From Antedon mediterranea (taxonomy: Eukaryota > Animalia > Echinodermata), in NCBI RefSeq assembly GCF_964355755.1, contig NC_092673.1, positions 3,720,001-3,784,000 on the forward strand: a DNA stretch of 64,000 nucleotides, given 5' to 3'. Below, piece after piece: positions 10,641 through 23,500 of this stretch. The notes below the pieces were generated by a model that saw only the letters and a program-made list of their open reading frames with translations, was not told the DNA's origin and did not search any database. The stretch's first letter is position 1, and each line of letters begins with the position of its first letter. Both the position numbers and the translations under genes were made by a program.

Positions 10641-13600
10641 ATGCAACAGCCAAATGCAGGAGGAAGTGGAGACCACAGCTCACCAGCTGTTCCATCAATA
10701 GCAACCTTTCAATCATGGTTTAACCAGTTTGAAAAGTTATGGGCAAGCAGAAGGGACGAAGAGATCCGCAAAATGGCAGAACGATTGTTCAACCAACTTA
10801 AACATAATGTACTCGAACTAGTACTGTTTCTTATGGAAAATAATCAAGATCACTTCCGGAAGAAAACTGATACGTGGACAAAAATGGTTTTGAAGAAATT
10901 TTTAGAGATGAAGGAAAGCTTACGAAAAATTAAAAAGGTGCGTTTGTGAGAAGAGAGAATTCTTGTTGCTTTTGACATAATAAATGATGTATTTACTTTA
11001 TTCTTTTAAAACAACTGGAATTTTGTGCTTTAATAATATCATAGCTCATCATGCGCTTTACTTAAACACTTTTACATTTAAGGATCAGTTTACAACTTGT
11101 TTAACGCCTGAGATGCAACAGAGGGCGCTGTACCTAGCAACATGCGGTCATTATAATGTGTTGAGCATCGTCTGCCGTCTCTTTCAACTTGACTGTGATA
11201 ATAATCAACACCTAACTGAGTACATAAATGTAATGATCTCTAGAAAACAGTATAAGGAGGTATGAGGTTGTTTGAACTAACTGAAAGATTCAGGTTTATT
11301 TATCTAAGGCTCTGTCTACACTTTATGTGACAAAAAATGTGATATGCCCATATATGGACACAATGATGTCATATCACTACCATATTTTGGCACATCACAT
11401 TTTTTTGTCAAACTAGTTTGATAGTGTAGACGGAGCTTTAGGCTGTGTTTTCTTAGCCAAAATTATCGGTTAATTTTCAGATTTTAATGAGATACTGTTC
11501 AATTAAATTTCTTGAGCGGAATCAGTTAAACCCTGTTTCCACAGACAGTTTATCGGTTAATTTTTACTGGTTAATTGGCTGCGGAAACACCGACTTAATT
11601 TGTGAGGAGCCTATATTGCTAAAATAAAATATGATTAAGTCTGTGATTCATATTCTTTTAATGCTAAATAATAATAACACACATAAACCAAAAAAAACAT
11701 AAAATAAAAAAATAAATAAGGTGAGGTGATAGGCAGGGATGCAAATGTGAACTGATTTTTCCAGGATTATTATTTTTTATTTTCCGTTTTTTATATGCAA
11801 TGAATTGTAATTCTATAGCTGACATAAGTTGTACTAATTCACGTATTATTCTCTTACACACTAGGCTTGTCGATGCATAACACAGCTAAATTTACAACCC
11901 TACTTCAGTATTCACCAAGTACGTACAATATTTACCATATTTCTACCAGTATGATACATAATTTGAATACATTAATAACAGCCTACTGTTAATAATTATT
12001 AAATTATGTATATTTTTTTCCTACTGTTATTTTAATAATCTAAACAAAACACTTTTTGCTTTATCGCAGGTGGTTAAACCTCTAGTCTTGCTAGATAAGT
12101 TAAATTTAGCTGAAACATATTTGAAAACATTAATAATAGTCTACTGTTAATATTAAATTATGTATATTGTATCTTTTAATTTTAATAATCTAAACATTAA
12201 ATCTCTGTCTGCATTATCAAACTTTATTTGACAAAACAACGTGATGTGCCCATATATGGACATGATGAAATCATATCATCATCACTACCATATTTGGGTA
12301 TATCACTACCATATCACTATCACAATTTTTTTGTCAAACTAGTTTGATAGTGTAGACAGAGCCTAATATTCTTTATCACTGCTTTATCACAGGTCATCGT
12401 ACCTCTAGTCTTGCAAGATAAGTTAAATTTAGCAGAAGCATATTTGAAAAGGCACAATAAGCTACAGATAGAGTTGCTACACTACCTTGATCAGTTCTGT
12501 GCCCAAGGCTTTGATGTCGATACTTTCATTGGGTAGGTTTGTGATCACATAAAGAAAAAAGTATTACAATGTTGAAATAAGGTCTCAAAATGCCAAGAAG
12601 CTTTGTATAAATATGACACCCCAGATTACATTAACACAATTTACTATAGACATGTATATTATCTGTATTTTATGAACATGTTAACCTTGTTAAATTTTAA
12701 CCTCATTCAACTTTGAACAAACAAAAATAATTTCAAACCATGTACTCTATTTTACTGTGTTTGACCATGGATAAATAAAATATCTTTACAAAAAAAATGT
12801 TATTAACCAAAACAGCAATACATCATTTGGAATTTATTCTTGGTTTATAATGTCATCTATATAAGTTTAATAAAATTAGCCTGAAATACTGTATGATTAT
12901 CATGTCCTAGGCTATCTAGGTAATATTAAACTTAAATTAACTTTTTCTTTTTGTGTTAACTGTTTACAATTTGTTTAAAATAAACATTGATTTTGTATCA
13001 TGATTTTATTATAAAATTTGTCTAGAGACCTTGATGTACCAGGCATCAAGAAAGACAAGCTTGCCCCTCGTGCGGTGAGAAAACTGGTTGCAAGACTGCT
13101 ATCTATGTATGATCTAGATTCTGAACTTTGCCCTAATTATGACAAGACTAAGCACATGGGAGCTCTTAAGTATTTACTTCACAAGCGTTATAATGAGGTT
13201 TGTTAAGTTTAATTACTCTATACTTATTAGCCCATTTATGTTATATTCTAATTGTGCTTGTTTCTCACAACACACTATTAATTATTATCTTGCATGTGTT
13301 ATGAATGGTTAAATTGAAATTTCAAAATAATTAATAATAGTATTAGTAATAACAACATTACTTAATAACATTAAGAATAATAATGGTAAGAACATATGAT
13401 ATGTATTTCCTTTAAATTAAGATATTTGTATTCAAATATTAAATTAGTAAATTTAAAATATTAGTTGTTGATAAGTTTATTCCTTATGCTAAGTTTTTAT
13501 GAGATGATGTGGTATTTTTAGTATACTGGGTCTGTTTTTTAAATTTCCACTAACTACAGTTAAAGATGTATTGTCCCTTTGACTAATTCAACAACAAATT

Positions 13601-16600
13601 TTTTTTAAATATTTCTAAAAAAAGTTGGTCATTTTGAAGTATCATAATAGTTATTAACTTTCACCAAAAATTAGTCGAAAGGTTTTTTTGTTCAAAAAAT
13701 AACTTTGACTTCTAGTCAAAGTTTTTGATCAAAACATATCTCATAATGTAGTCTGGGCTCCAGACGGAGTTTTGTCTTAATATTAGTAAAAATATAAATA
13801 TAAATATTTTTGCACATATGGCGTTTCATACGTGTATTACTTGAGTTTGGATACTCCGTCTGGGGAAACACGCACAAGTCACGTGGTTTGACACCAAGAA
13901 TTCTTGGTGCATACGATTATCCGGTTGACTAGTTTCAGCTGCATGCGATTGGCTACTCACTCGTACACTGTTTTAATATTCATATTTCAGAATTTCAAAG
14001 ACTCAACATCTAAGACGATGCGCATGCGCTACATTACGTTTAGACAATGTGTACTTGGGTACATTGATGAAAGTTTCTGAAAGCTAGAAATGATTTTATA
14101 TGCCTAGTAGTCTGGTAAACATTTGATGGGATTTTTCCCAAGAACATGAAAACTCGTCTTGATATGATAGGCTAGCTTCTCCGCAAATCAAACATTGAAT
14201 GGATCATTTATTATGCGGAGATAATTTAATTTATTTCCCACCCTGTCCTGTTCTTTGTGGTGGTGTAGCCCTGTTGTGTGCCGGTGTAGCCCTGTTGTGT
14301 GCGGGTCGGTGGTGGTATGTACCTTATTGGCGTTCTATTTAGCAGGTCATACGTACGAGTTGAGTATCCCTACGAAGGAGGCCTAGGCCAGGACTAAACA
14401 ATTAATAAACAAAACAACTTGGCAACACGATTTTATATTTCAACAGTTGTTCAGTCTCGATCGTACATTCAGCACTGAACGTACTCTATCTTTTTCATTT
14501 TGAAACAAAATGATCATTGGTTGATTCGAAATCCATATTTACATACCGCCCGCCCCATATAGCCAAATACGGTATGATAACCTACGTCATTCTTATCGGA
14601 TGTTTGCGGTCTGCAATTCGATTTCTATACGTGTTTCACAAGTCTGTATTTTCAGAGAAAAATCGCGGTCGAAATAAAAACAAATAAATATAAAAAAAGA
14701 CAATAAATACAGACTTGGGGCAAGTCTACTCATAATGCAACGCGCTTGTTTGGCTACTCTGTATGCATAATGATAAAACTTCTTCGCGATCTGTGTGAAA
14801 ACACCTTCTCAACTTCGATGAGTTGTAAACAATTCTAATTAGCATCATGCATAATGCATACTAATGGTTTGAAATCTTTGTTTACTTTCGCTTTTGACGA
14901 TTTTCCAGACGAAATGTAATCAAATTAATTTACCTGTTAATTACGTAAACTTGTTGTTTTTGGCTCGAATTTTCGACTTAAAGTGAATAACTTTATATTA
15001 CTTTGATATGGCCAATTTAAATTTAGAATATTTTGTTTTTCATTTTTTGTGTTTCAAGGGACAATACATCTTTAACATTTATAGTAGATATTATTTTTTA
15101 TTTCAAATCCATACATCTACATCAGTTAATATTTTTATCTCATTGAGACATAGTACAACTATTGTGGTTTTCGTAACATGTGTGATTTAACTGGTAGGGT
15201 TGTTGCCCAACGAAGTAATAGACAGCAGGGGCTGAAACGGACCCAGAACACAATGGTACACTGGATGACCTCCAGCTTTAAGCACTTGATCGTGTTCGTA
15301 CGGCGATTGAAATACACGTTTATTTGGTTTTTACCCTTGGGGTAAAACCCATACGACGTTCGTACGAATAAACAAAGTACCGGTAAGCTGACACAAAACC
15401 AATTAAGATCGGAATTCTTAGGTCAAAAAGCGCCCTCTGTGCGTCGACCCATATCAATTGACATTGCGTGTTGACAAATTCAACTAGATATTGCATGTCG
15501 TTTCGCGCGCGAATCGTTCAATTATTATTTTTCAATCGACAACCAGACCTATATATTTATAATACATACATCGAATACAATTTACTTTTTAAATAAATAA
15601 TGATCGAAAATCCTGCTAACGTATGTTGTTTGTTGACCACGTGTATTTATCGTGCGAGCCGAACTATTGTTGTGGAAATTCCATTTAATGTACACGCACT
15701 GTACCCCTCTTGTAAAAATCACCACGTGTATTTATCGTGCAAGCCGAACTATTGTTGTGGAAATTCCATTTAATGTACACGCACTGTACCCCTCTTGTAA
15801 AAATCACCACGTGTATTTATCGTGCGAGCCGAACTATTGTTGTGGAAATTCCATTTAATGTACACGCACTGTACCCCTCTTGTAAAAATCACCATACGTG
15901 TATTTATCGTGCGAGCCGAACTATTGTTGTGGAAATTCCATTTAATGTACACGCACTGTACCCCTCTTGTAAAAATCACCACGTGTATTTATCGTGCGAG
16001 CCGAACTATTGTTGTGAAAATTCCATTTAACACGCACTGTACCCCTCTTATCGTGCGAGCCGAACGGTTGATGTGGTAATTCACAGACACCAGGCTACCA
16101 CAATACAGAACTCCCTGCCGTTTACATGTACATTATAAGCCACCGATTCGCAAGTTCAGGTCACCGGAAAAAAACCAACGAGTTGATTATTTATATATAA
16201 TTTTACAAAACAATAGATATACATTCGCATTAACGAGAAAGAACATTTTAAACAATAATTGTTAAACAATCAGAAAGCTTATTTGAGGTCGCGATTTGAC
16301 ATGACCCCGTTAAACGCTTGATTAATTATACCCCGAGGCAGCGTGTAATTGGAATGGGATTGAAATAACCAGTAAAGTTGGTGGATTTTTCGTCCAGATG
16401 GTTTTCTAATTTTTTATAGCCAGAGGCGTAAGTTAATTGCCACACGCGACCTCACAGTTGGAAGTACACGGTAGTTTCAGTCCCGTCCGAACGGGCCTAT
16501 GTGTCCTATCACCTGAACTACTGCCAAAGAGAGCCTGTGGCTATGGTTTGCAAAGCCTTGTCTTAATAAAAAAAAGTGTGATGTGCCCAAATATGGTAGT

Positions 16601-19600
16601 GATATGCTTAAATATGTTTAGTGATATGACATCATCATGTCCATATATGGGCATATCACATTTGTTTGTCACATAAAGTTTGATAGTTTAATCTCTCAGC
16701 CACTCGATAAATCCACTAACAATACAATCATTGTTTTATAGCCTGCATCATGTTCAAGTAATTGGGATGATTTCGTAGAGCAAGCTATTGGAAGTAGTCC
16801 GATACTACAAGATGAGCTTATCATTCAGTTCATCTGTTACAATGACTTACCAGCTGCAGTGAAATGGGCAAAGAGACTAAACATAAGCAGAGAGAGAATG
16901 CCAGAACAAGTTATCACTGCTATTGATGATGCCAACAGGTATTGGTCTTTTAATCATGCTCAACAGAACCTAGAATTTAGACAGATGATGGCATATATAT
17001 TATTCTCACTTTGAGAGTCTCTATCCAATCGAGTTCGAACAATATCATGAAAGCCTCAGTGGTCTAATAGAACATCTGCATATCAAGCAGAAGGATCTGG
17101 GTTTGAACCTCAGTTGGGCGACTTTTTCTCATTCTCACAGATTTTCTCATTTTTATCATTTCAAATTAGTTAATTACATTTCAGTATATCACCGGGTGGT
17201 TTATAATTAATGTTCTGTGCCTGATGTATTTATATGTATATATTTTCACTTATAGGCTTCTGAATCTAGCTCAAACATATGGTGAAATGGGACAAAAGTG
17301 TAGGCTAAGGTTTCAGATTTGAATTTATATATAATTTCTTTTCAAATACACCATGTTGAAGAGGAGCACCATAGCCATATATTATATTCATTTTCTCGTC
17401 TTTTATGTACAGTATTTGAAATATATTTAATTTAAAAAAAGGTAATACAGTGTGTAACTAGGACACTGTATTACATTTTACAATAGCTCACAGCAGATAT
17501 AGTCTCATAATTTGATTGGATGATAAATGCCTGCGACGGAATTAAAATCTGTAACCTTTTGCTGATGAGGCAAGTGTAATAACCATTAGACCACAGAAAT
17601 GTCAACTGAGTTACTTAATGTATGCATTGGTACAACAACTTTCTTATGAATGTTAGTGGATTTGAACCCAGGACTCACGAATAAGTAGGTAAGGCACAAT
17701 AACAACCAAACCACTAAATTATTTATAATACTATTTGAAATGTTTTCTTCCAGCAGTTCACTTGCTGACACAGATGAAGAAATTTGGGAGGCATGTTATA
17801 CTCAAGAGGAGGCAGTAGCACGTAGTAAAATTGAATATTATCAATTAAATTTACCCTATGAGAAGATAGTAATTGTGGATCAGGAATATATGTTGGAGAG
17901 TTGCATTCAACAGTTAACTAGGGTTAGTAATAGTAGTGTGTATTCAGAATTAATTATTTTTTTATACTGAATTTTACTAACATGATTTTTAGTAATGTTA
18001 ATTGTATAAAAATCTTATAGGCCAAAAGCATAATTGGTATAGATATGGAATGGAAACCAGGCTTTCTGAAAACCAAATGCAGGTTCGTTATTTTAACTTT
18101 CTTTGTCAAATTTTATTGGTAACTCAATGAATATTTGTTGTTGAGTTGATATTACAAAAACACACTAAAACTGAATCATTCCAACTTATATTTACTTGTT
18201 GTAGTGTGGTAATAGATTTTATATCCAATTTATTTGCTGCAGTGTATGACCATCAATAATTCTGTTATTTACTTTCTTCAGAGTTGCTGTTGTGCAGCTG
18301 GCATGCGAGTCTCATATTTATCTCATAGACATGCTAGCTCTTGATCCTAATCCAGACTGCCTAGTTTGGTTAATGGAATCTATTCTATGTGATGAGGATG
18401 TTCTGAAGCTAGGTAAATAAAACAGGTATAGAAGAGAAGAAATAGAAATCGATCCATTCCCCATATTAATATCTTTATTTATTTATACTGGGTGACCTCT
18501 TCAGTCAAAGACTGGTCTCCCAAGGGCCCAGTTATGATCAGTGGCTGTGATGTACACCGGGGTAACCCCCTACTCATCTCGAAAGATGTACTAGGTTCTT
18601 TAAAGTGCTTCATGAGCTAGATGTGTACACTGGACCTACGGTTTAAAGTCCTTATCCAAGAAGACTCGTTCTACCACCAGAACCACAAACCTCAACTCTG
18701 CTATTCTATTTTTATTTATTATCTTGTTCGTTAGGATATGGAATCCGCAATGATCTTCAGATGCTGGTGAAATCATATCCATTTCTCTCAGATTGTGTAC
18801 ATAAAATGGAGGGCATGAATGACTTATCGATCCTGCAGTCTAAGGTACTTCTCAATTTTGAAAACCCTAGTGAAAAATAAGGCAATTTTGAATGCCAAAA
18901 TTCTCCACAGAAATCCTAATCATTGAAAATAGAGAACTCTAAACCAACTACTGTAGGTATGTCTCACCAGTCAAATATGTTTGTATCATGATTATTTCTA
19001 TACAGTTGGAATCTGTAAAGCCTAACATACTTGGTGCTACCTCATGTGAAATGGACCGAGGATTGAGTGGACTCGTCAACCGATGTTTTGGAAGACCTCT
19101 AGATAAGAAAGAACAAATGTCGAACTGGGAATGCAGACCGTTAAACTATTCACAGATTGTCTATGCAGGTAATTAACAAATTGTTCACATACTAATTACT
19201 ATACATTATTTTTTTACGAGAGTTGGGAGACTAGTCACCTAGACAGGCCAAATAGCCACATAATATTTAAGGCTAGTGGCTGATAAAACGATCTTCCCCC
19301 TTAAATAATGATAAAGGCAAACATCACAAGATGCTTTACACAAACAAAGTCGTTGGGAATGGAGTTCTGTTGTGAGAAAAACCCTGGTGTCTGACAGGAT
19401 TTGAACTGAAGACCCTGGAATCGGTAGCCGAGCATCTAAACCACCACAGCTCCACTCCATTACTGTGCAACACTGGTATAAACCAATATAGCCTTATATA
19501 CCTGTGTTAGTACAGTAACTGTCCAGAAAACTGCTACACAGAAGGAGAGACCTTAAAAGTCAGATTCTGGTACTTACAGTAGTCGAGTAGGTATGAAGAA

Positions 19601-22600
19601 GAGTTTAAGCTCTGTCTACATTATCAAACTTTATGCGACGAAAAAATGTGATGTGCCCATATATGGACATGATGATGTCATATCACTACCATATTTGGGC
19701 ATATCTCATTTTTTGGTCACATAAAGTTTGATAGTGTAGAGTTTAAGAAGTTACTTGAGCTTTTAACTTATGTATCCTTTTATCTTTTGATCCTAGCACT
19801 GGATGCATATTGCTTGCTGGAAGTGTTTAATTACATGATGGGTAAAGCTGATTCCATTGGCCTGAATATTGATTTAAAATCTGCATTTATAATGAACTCT
19901 CCAACAAAGAAGGTGAAAACAAAAAGAAACAAGAGGAGAGACAAAGAAAAGGCTGTCGTCTCACTTGCTGATATCTCTTTAGTAAGTATAAAATATTTTG
20001 TTTTATCAAACCCAATCAAATAGTTGTAAGGAACAGTGAAGGTAGTCTACATTGAGTGTCATCGTTTTAGCTAACTATCTGGCCCAAAGATAAGCTTCCA
20101 ATACCATTATGGTACCAGCTAATGGAACTGAAATTTCCTTTGTTTAGTCGAATGATAGCTACAAGGAACCAATAACACCACAAGAGTTAGCTGTTGTCTG
20201 TGACACCATGCTTCAAGGATTAGGGAGGCAGCTAAGGTCATGTGGAGTTGATGTAAAGGTTCTAGAAAATGACCAAGATCACAGTCAAGCCGTTGAGGTA
20301 TATATGGCATTGTACTCATTTGGCACCATATGACATACATACTTTTTTATGATATTTTGTGATATTTAGGCAAATTGCCAAGGATAACCAAAAATGAATT
20401 CCTCCACATCCTTCTTAAAGGTGGCAATCCCATTCACAAGACATACACCGTACACAAAAGATACTCTACATAAACAAAGTTGTAATTTGTCATTAGAAAA
20501 AAATCATATGACAGGACAGGAACCTAGGACCCTTGTAGGCAAGCATCATAACCACCAAGCCATAAATCCACTCCACACATACAGTTTTATAAAAAAAAGA
20601 ATTTATTAAACTACTATTGACTTGACTGCTACAAAATTGTTTGTTTTGTTTTTGTAGATCGCCAGAGCTGATGGTCGAATTATTCTCACCAGAGGAACAC
20701 CATATATATCAGTAAGTTACTTTGTTGAATTGTTAGTGATTGAAAACTTGTTTTTCATAGAAACCAAGCATGTTTGCTCACTACACAAATTATCAACGTT
20801 TTATTTAAAAAAGTATTTTGAAACTTTTCTTTGCAGTTGCGCTCACAAGTTGGTGATGACCTTTGCTACCTTGTGAGATGCGTGAAAGCTTGCGACCAAC
20901 TGGAAGAAGTTTTAAATTTCTACAATGTACGCGTCATGGCAAAGGACATATTCAGCAGATGCCAGGTAAGCATTGTTTTTGTATAGACTTTTTGGAGGAG
21001 TGGCAAGATACTAGTCTTCCAATCCAGTATTGCTAGTCTTCCAATCCAGTGCTACTATAGTCTTCCAATCCAGTACTACTATAGTCTTCCAATCCAGTAC
21101 TACTTCTAGTCTTCCAATCCAGTACTTCTTCTAGTCTTCCAATCCAGTACTCCTAGTCTTCCAATCCAGTGCTACTAGTCTTCCAATCCAGTGCTACTAG
21201 TCTTCCAATCCAGTACTCCTAGTCTTCCAATCCAGTACTCCTAGTCTTCCAATCCAAAACTACTAGTCTTCCAATCCAGTACTACTAGTCTTCCAATCCA
21301 GTACTACTAGTCTTCCAATCCAGTACTACTAGTCTTCCAATCCAGTGCTACTACTCTTTCAATCCAGTACTACTAGTCTTCCAATCCAGTACTACTAGTC
21401 TTCCAATCCAGTACTACTAGTCTTCCAATCCAGTACTACTAGTCTTCCAATCTAGTGCTACTAGTCTTCCAATCCAGTGCTACTACTCTTCCAATCCAGT
21501 ACTACTAGTCTTCCAATCCAGTACTACTAGTCTTCCAATCCAGTACAACTAGTCTTCCAATCTAGTGCTACTAGTCTTCCAATCCAGTGCTACTACTCTT
21601 CCAATCCAGTACTACTAGTCTTCCAATCCAGTACTACTAGTCTTCCAATCCAGTGCTACTAGTCTTCCAATCCAGTGCTACTAGTCTTCCAATCCAGTGC
21701 TACTAGTCTTCCAATCCAGTGCTACTAGTCTTTCAATCCAGTGCTACTAGTCTTCCAATCCAGTACTACTAGTCTTCCAATCCAGTACTACTAGTCTTCC
21801 AATCCAAAACTACTAGTCTTCCAATCCAAAACTACTAGTCTTCCAATCCAGTACTACTACTAGTCTTCCAATCCAGTACTACTACTAGTCTTCCAATCCA
21901 GTACTACTACTAGTCTTCCAATCTAGTACTACTACTAGTCTTCCAATCCAGTACTACTAGTCTTCCAATCCAGTACTACTAGTCTTCCAATCCAGTACTA
22001 CTAGTCTTCCAATCCAGTGCTACTAGTCTTCCAATCCAGTGCTACTAGTCTTCCAATCCAGTGCTACTAGTCTTCCAATCCAGTGCTACTAGTCTTCCAA
22101 TCCAGTGCTACTAGTCTTCCAATCCAGTGCTACTAGTCTTCCAATCCAAAACTACTAGTCTTCCAATCCAGTGCTACTAGTCTTCCAATCCAGTGCTACT
22201 AGTCTTCCAATCCAGTGCTACTACTACTATGTATGCATAAACATAATTTACCCTTTTCTTTTAAGATGTGCAACGGTAATGCTTATGCCAAAGTGTCTTC
22301 TTCTACCATGAAAGAAGCCTATGAAAAGAAAAATGCAAGACAACATGGCCCAGCGGAAATGGGTTTATACTCTGACCCCTACGGCTTTGGTGATGACGAA
22401 TTTGACGAAGACGATGGGTTTTACTTTGACTCTGATGTTCTACCAGGTCACGAACCGAATGACTTTTATGAAAGTTATCCTCAAGATCTTCCTGTAGAAG
22501 ATTCTATAATGTACATGCCACAAGCTGAACAGAACGAGGGAGCTGTAGCAGGCTCGTCAAATTTAAACTATAAAGAAGGTGTTGTGTTTTCCAGTAGTGG

Positions 22601-22859
22601 AATTGATATGAATAACCTAACAGTTGGCGATGACGTTGAAATCCAAATGAATGTAATACAGGGCAGTATTTTAGATAGTGTAGACATATTCTATATCTGT
22701 ACTACATGTGGAAAGATTTACTGGGAGGGAAGACATTTCTCAAATGTTTTGGAACAGTATGCACATATTCTTCATAGAGGATCTGATGAGGAGGGCAGCG
22801 CACATGGAATGTTCCAGCATGATGATGATGATAGCATTGAAGGTGGCCTAGTGTTTTAA
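10641..22859 (+). CDS. EXD3: Exonuclease mut-7 homolog / EXD3 (DEDDy 3'-5' exonuclease plus Mut7-C domain), 16 coding exons
   Basis: Phase-consistent exons 10641-10937, 11083-11259, 11865-11918, 12393-12532, 13026-13197, 16742-16938, 17754-17922, 18021-18082, 18282-18412, 18735-18844, 19006-19168, 19797-19981, 20148-20297, 20658-20711, 20837-20965 and 22266-22859. Motifs: ExoI IGIDMEWKP, ExoII GIRNDL, EQMSNWECRPL...YAALDA (ExoIII), Mut7-C VVCDTMLQGLGRQLRSCGVD, and Zn-ribbon SRCQMCN...CTTCGKIYWEGRH. Confidence 0.93.
11308..11437. mobile_element. MITE family C (TIR AGCTCTGTCTACACTATCAAACT), first of about 11 copies
   Basis: Related copies at ~12200-12363, 16570-16688, 19608-19742, 42357-42525, 44186-44333, 48183-48340, 48937-49185, 53866-53979, 54405-54525 and 59597-59704. 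Full copies are typically flanked TAA...TTA. Confidence 0.8.
12070..12150 (+). other. Partial duplicate (pseudo-exon) of EXD3 exon 4 with an intact acceptor
   Basis: TTTATCGCAG|GTGGTTAAACCTCTAGTCTTG encodes VVKPLVLLDKLNLAETYLK, against VIVPLVLQDKLNLAEAYLK in the true exon. The frame reaches TAA at 12148-12150. Confidence 0.8.
13564..15071. mobile_element. Kolobok-like non-autonomous DNA transposon, 1.5 kb, in EXD3 intron 5
   Basis: TTAA|AGATGTATTGTCCCTT...AAGGGACAATACATCT|TTAA. Same TIR as 1713-2058; no long ORF inside. Confidence 0.75.
15638..16063. repeat. Tandem repeat, 85-bp unit, about 4.7 copies, probably inside a degraded mobile element
   Basis: CACGTGTATTTATCGTGCGAGCCGAACTATTG... 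recurs every 85 bp, matching ORF starts 15652, 15737 and 15822. Confidence 0.9.
18478..18684 (-). mobile_element. 5'-truncated copy of the SINE at 612-917
   Basis: Reverse complement of ~700-912 (GACTCGTTCTACCACCAGAACCA, GATGTACTAGGTTCTTTAAAGTGC, AAAGACTGGTCTCCC). Confidence 0.8.
21010..22228. repeat. Minisatellite, 22-bp unit TAGTCTTCCAATCCAGT(A/G)CTAC, about 54 copies, filling the last EXD3 intron
   Basis: Directly visible tandem array. Confidence 0.95.
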
Positions 22860-23500
22860 ATACTATGATAATCTAGTCTTTTATATTATGAATAACTGTA
22901 TTTCTTGAATAAAATATATGTGTATTGTTCATTTTGTGTTTGTTACAGTACAGTATACCTACCACCAAGATTACTTTATATAGCAGCCTCTACGCAATTT
23001 GATTACATATTTTGGCGCTATTGTTGGTCACAAGCTAGTGGACATGCAGCAGTGTTGAAAAACTGTTCATTAAAAATTCAACAGCAAATAAAAACAAAAT
23101 TGGTAAATCTTAACCCTAGCAGCAATCTCAAATATCTCATTAGTCCGCAAGATGTTGCATAGTTTAACATAAAAATGAAATGAGTCTGTATGTTTTGCAC
23201 CTTCGGCACTCCACATGTTTACTTTTAAATAGAAAGCAATATTTTAGTAATAGCACCCTCTATGGTCTGGTGTAATTTTTTTAAATGTTGTAGCACCACC
23301 CTCTATAGTTTTGACACGTTTTCACAAAACTTCCCAATTAACCATCACATTCGCTTGTGTCAAGCTAGCCAACAATAAGCCAGCCAACAATAAGCCAGCC
23401 CACTTTTATTTTTTCCAGCCAACAATAACTATGAAACGCCGTTTGTGCATTCTTTACATTTTCATTGTTACTTATGGCTTTTATGGTATTAGGAATTAAA

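Noticed and set aside
15652-16079. Overlapping repetitive ORFs in EXD3 intron 5
   Set aside because: Products of the 85-bp tandem repeat.
23311-23499. Twin small ORFs (23311-23499 + and 40938-41138 -) sharing CVKLANNKPANNKPAH...
   Set aside because: They are translations of the two TIRs, start outside the element at non-ATG codons, and show no protein features.
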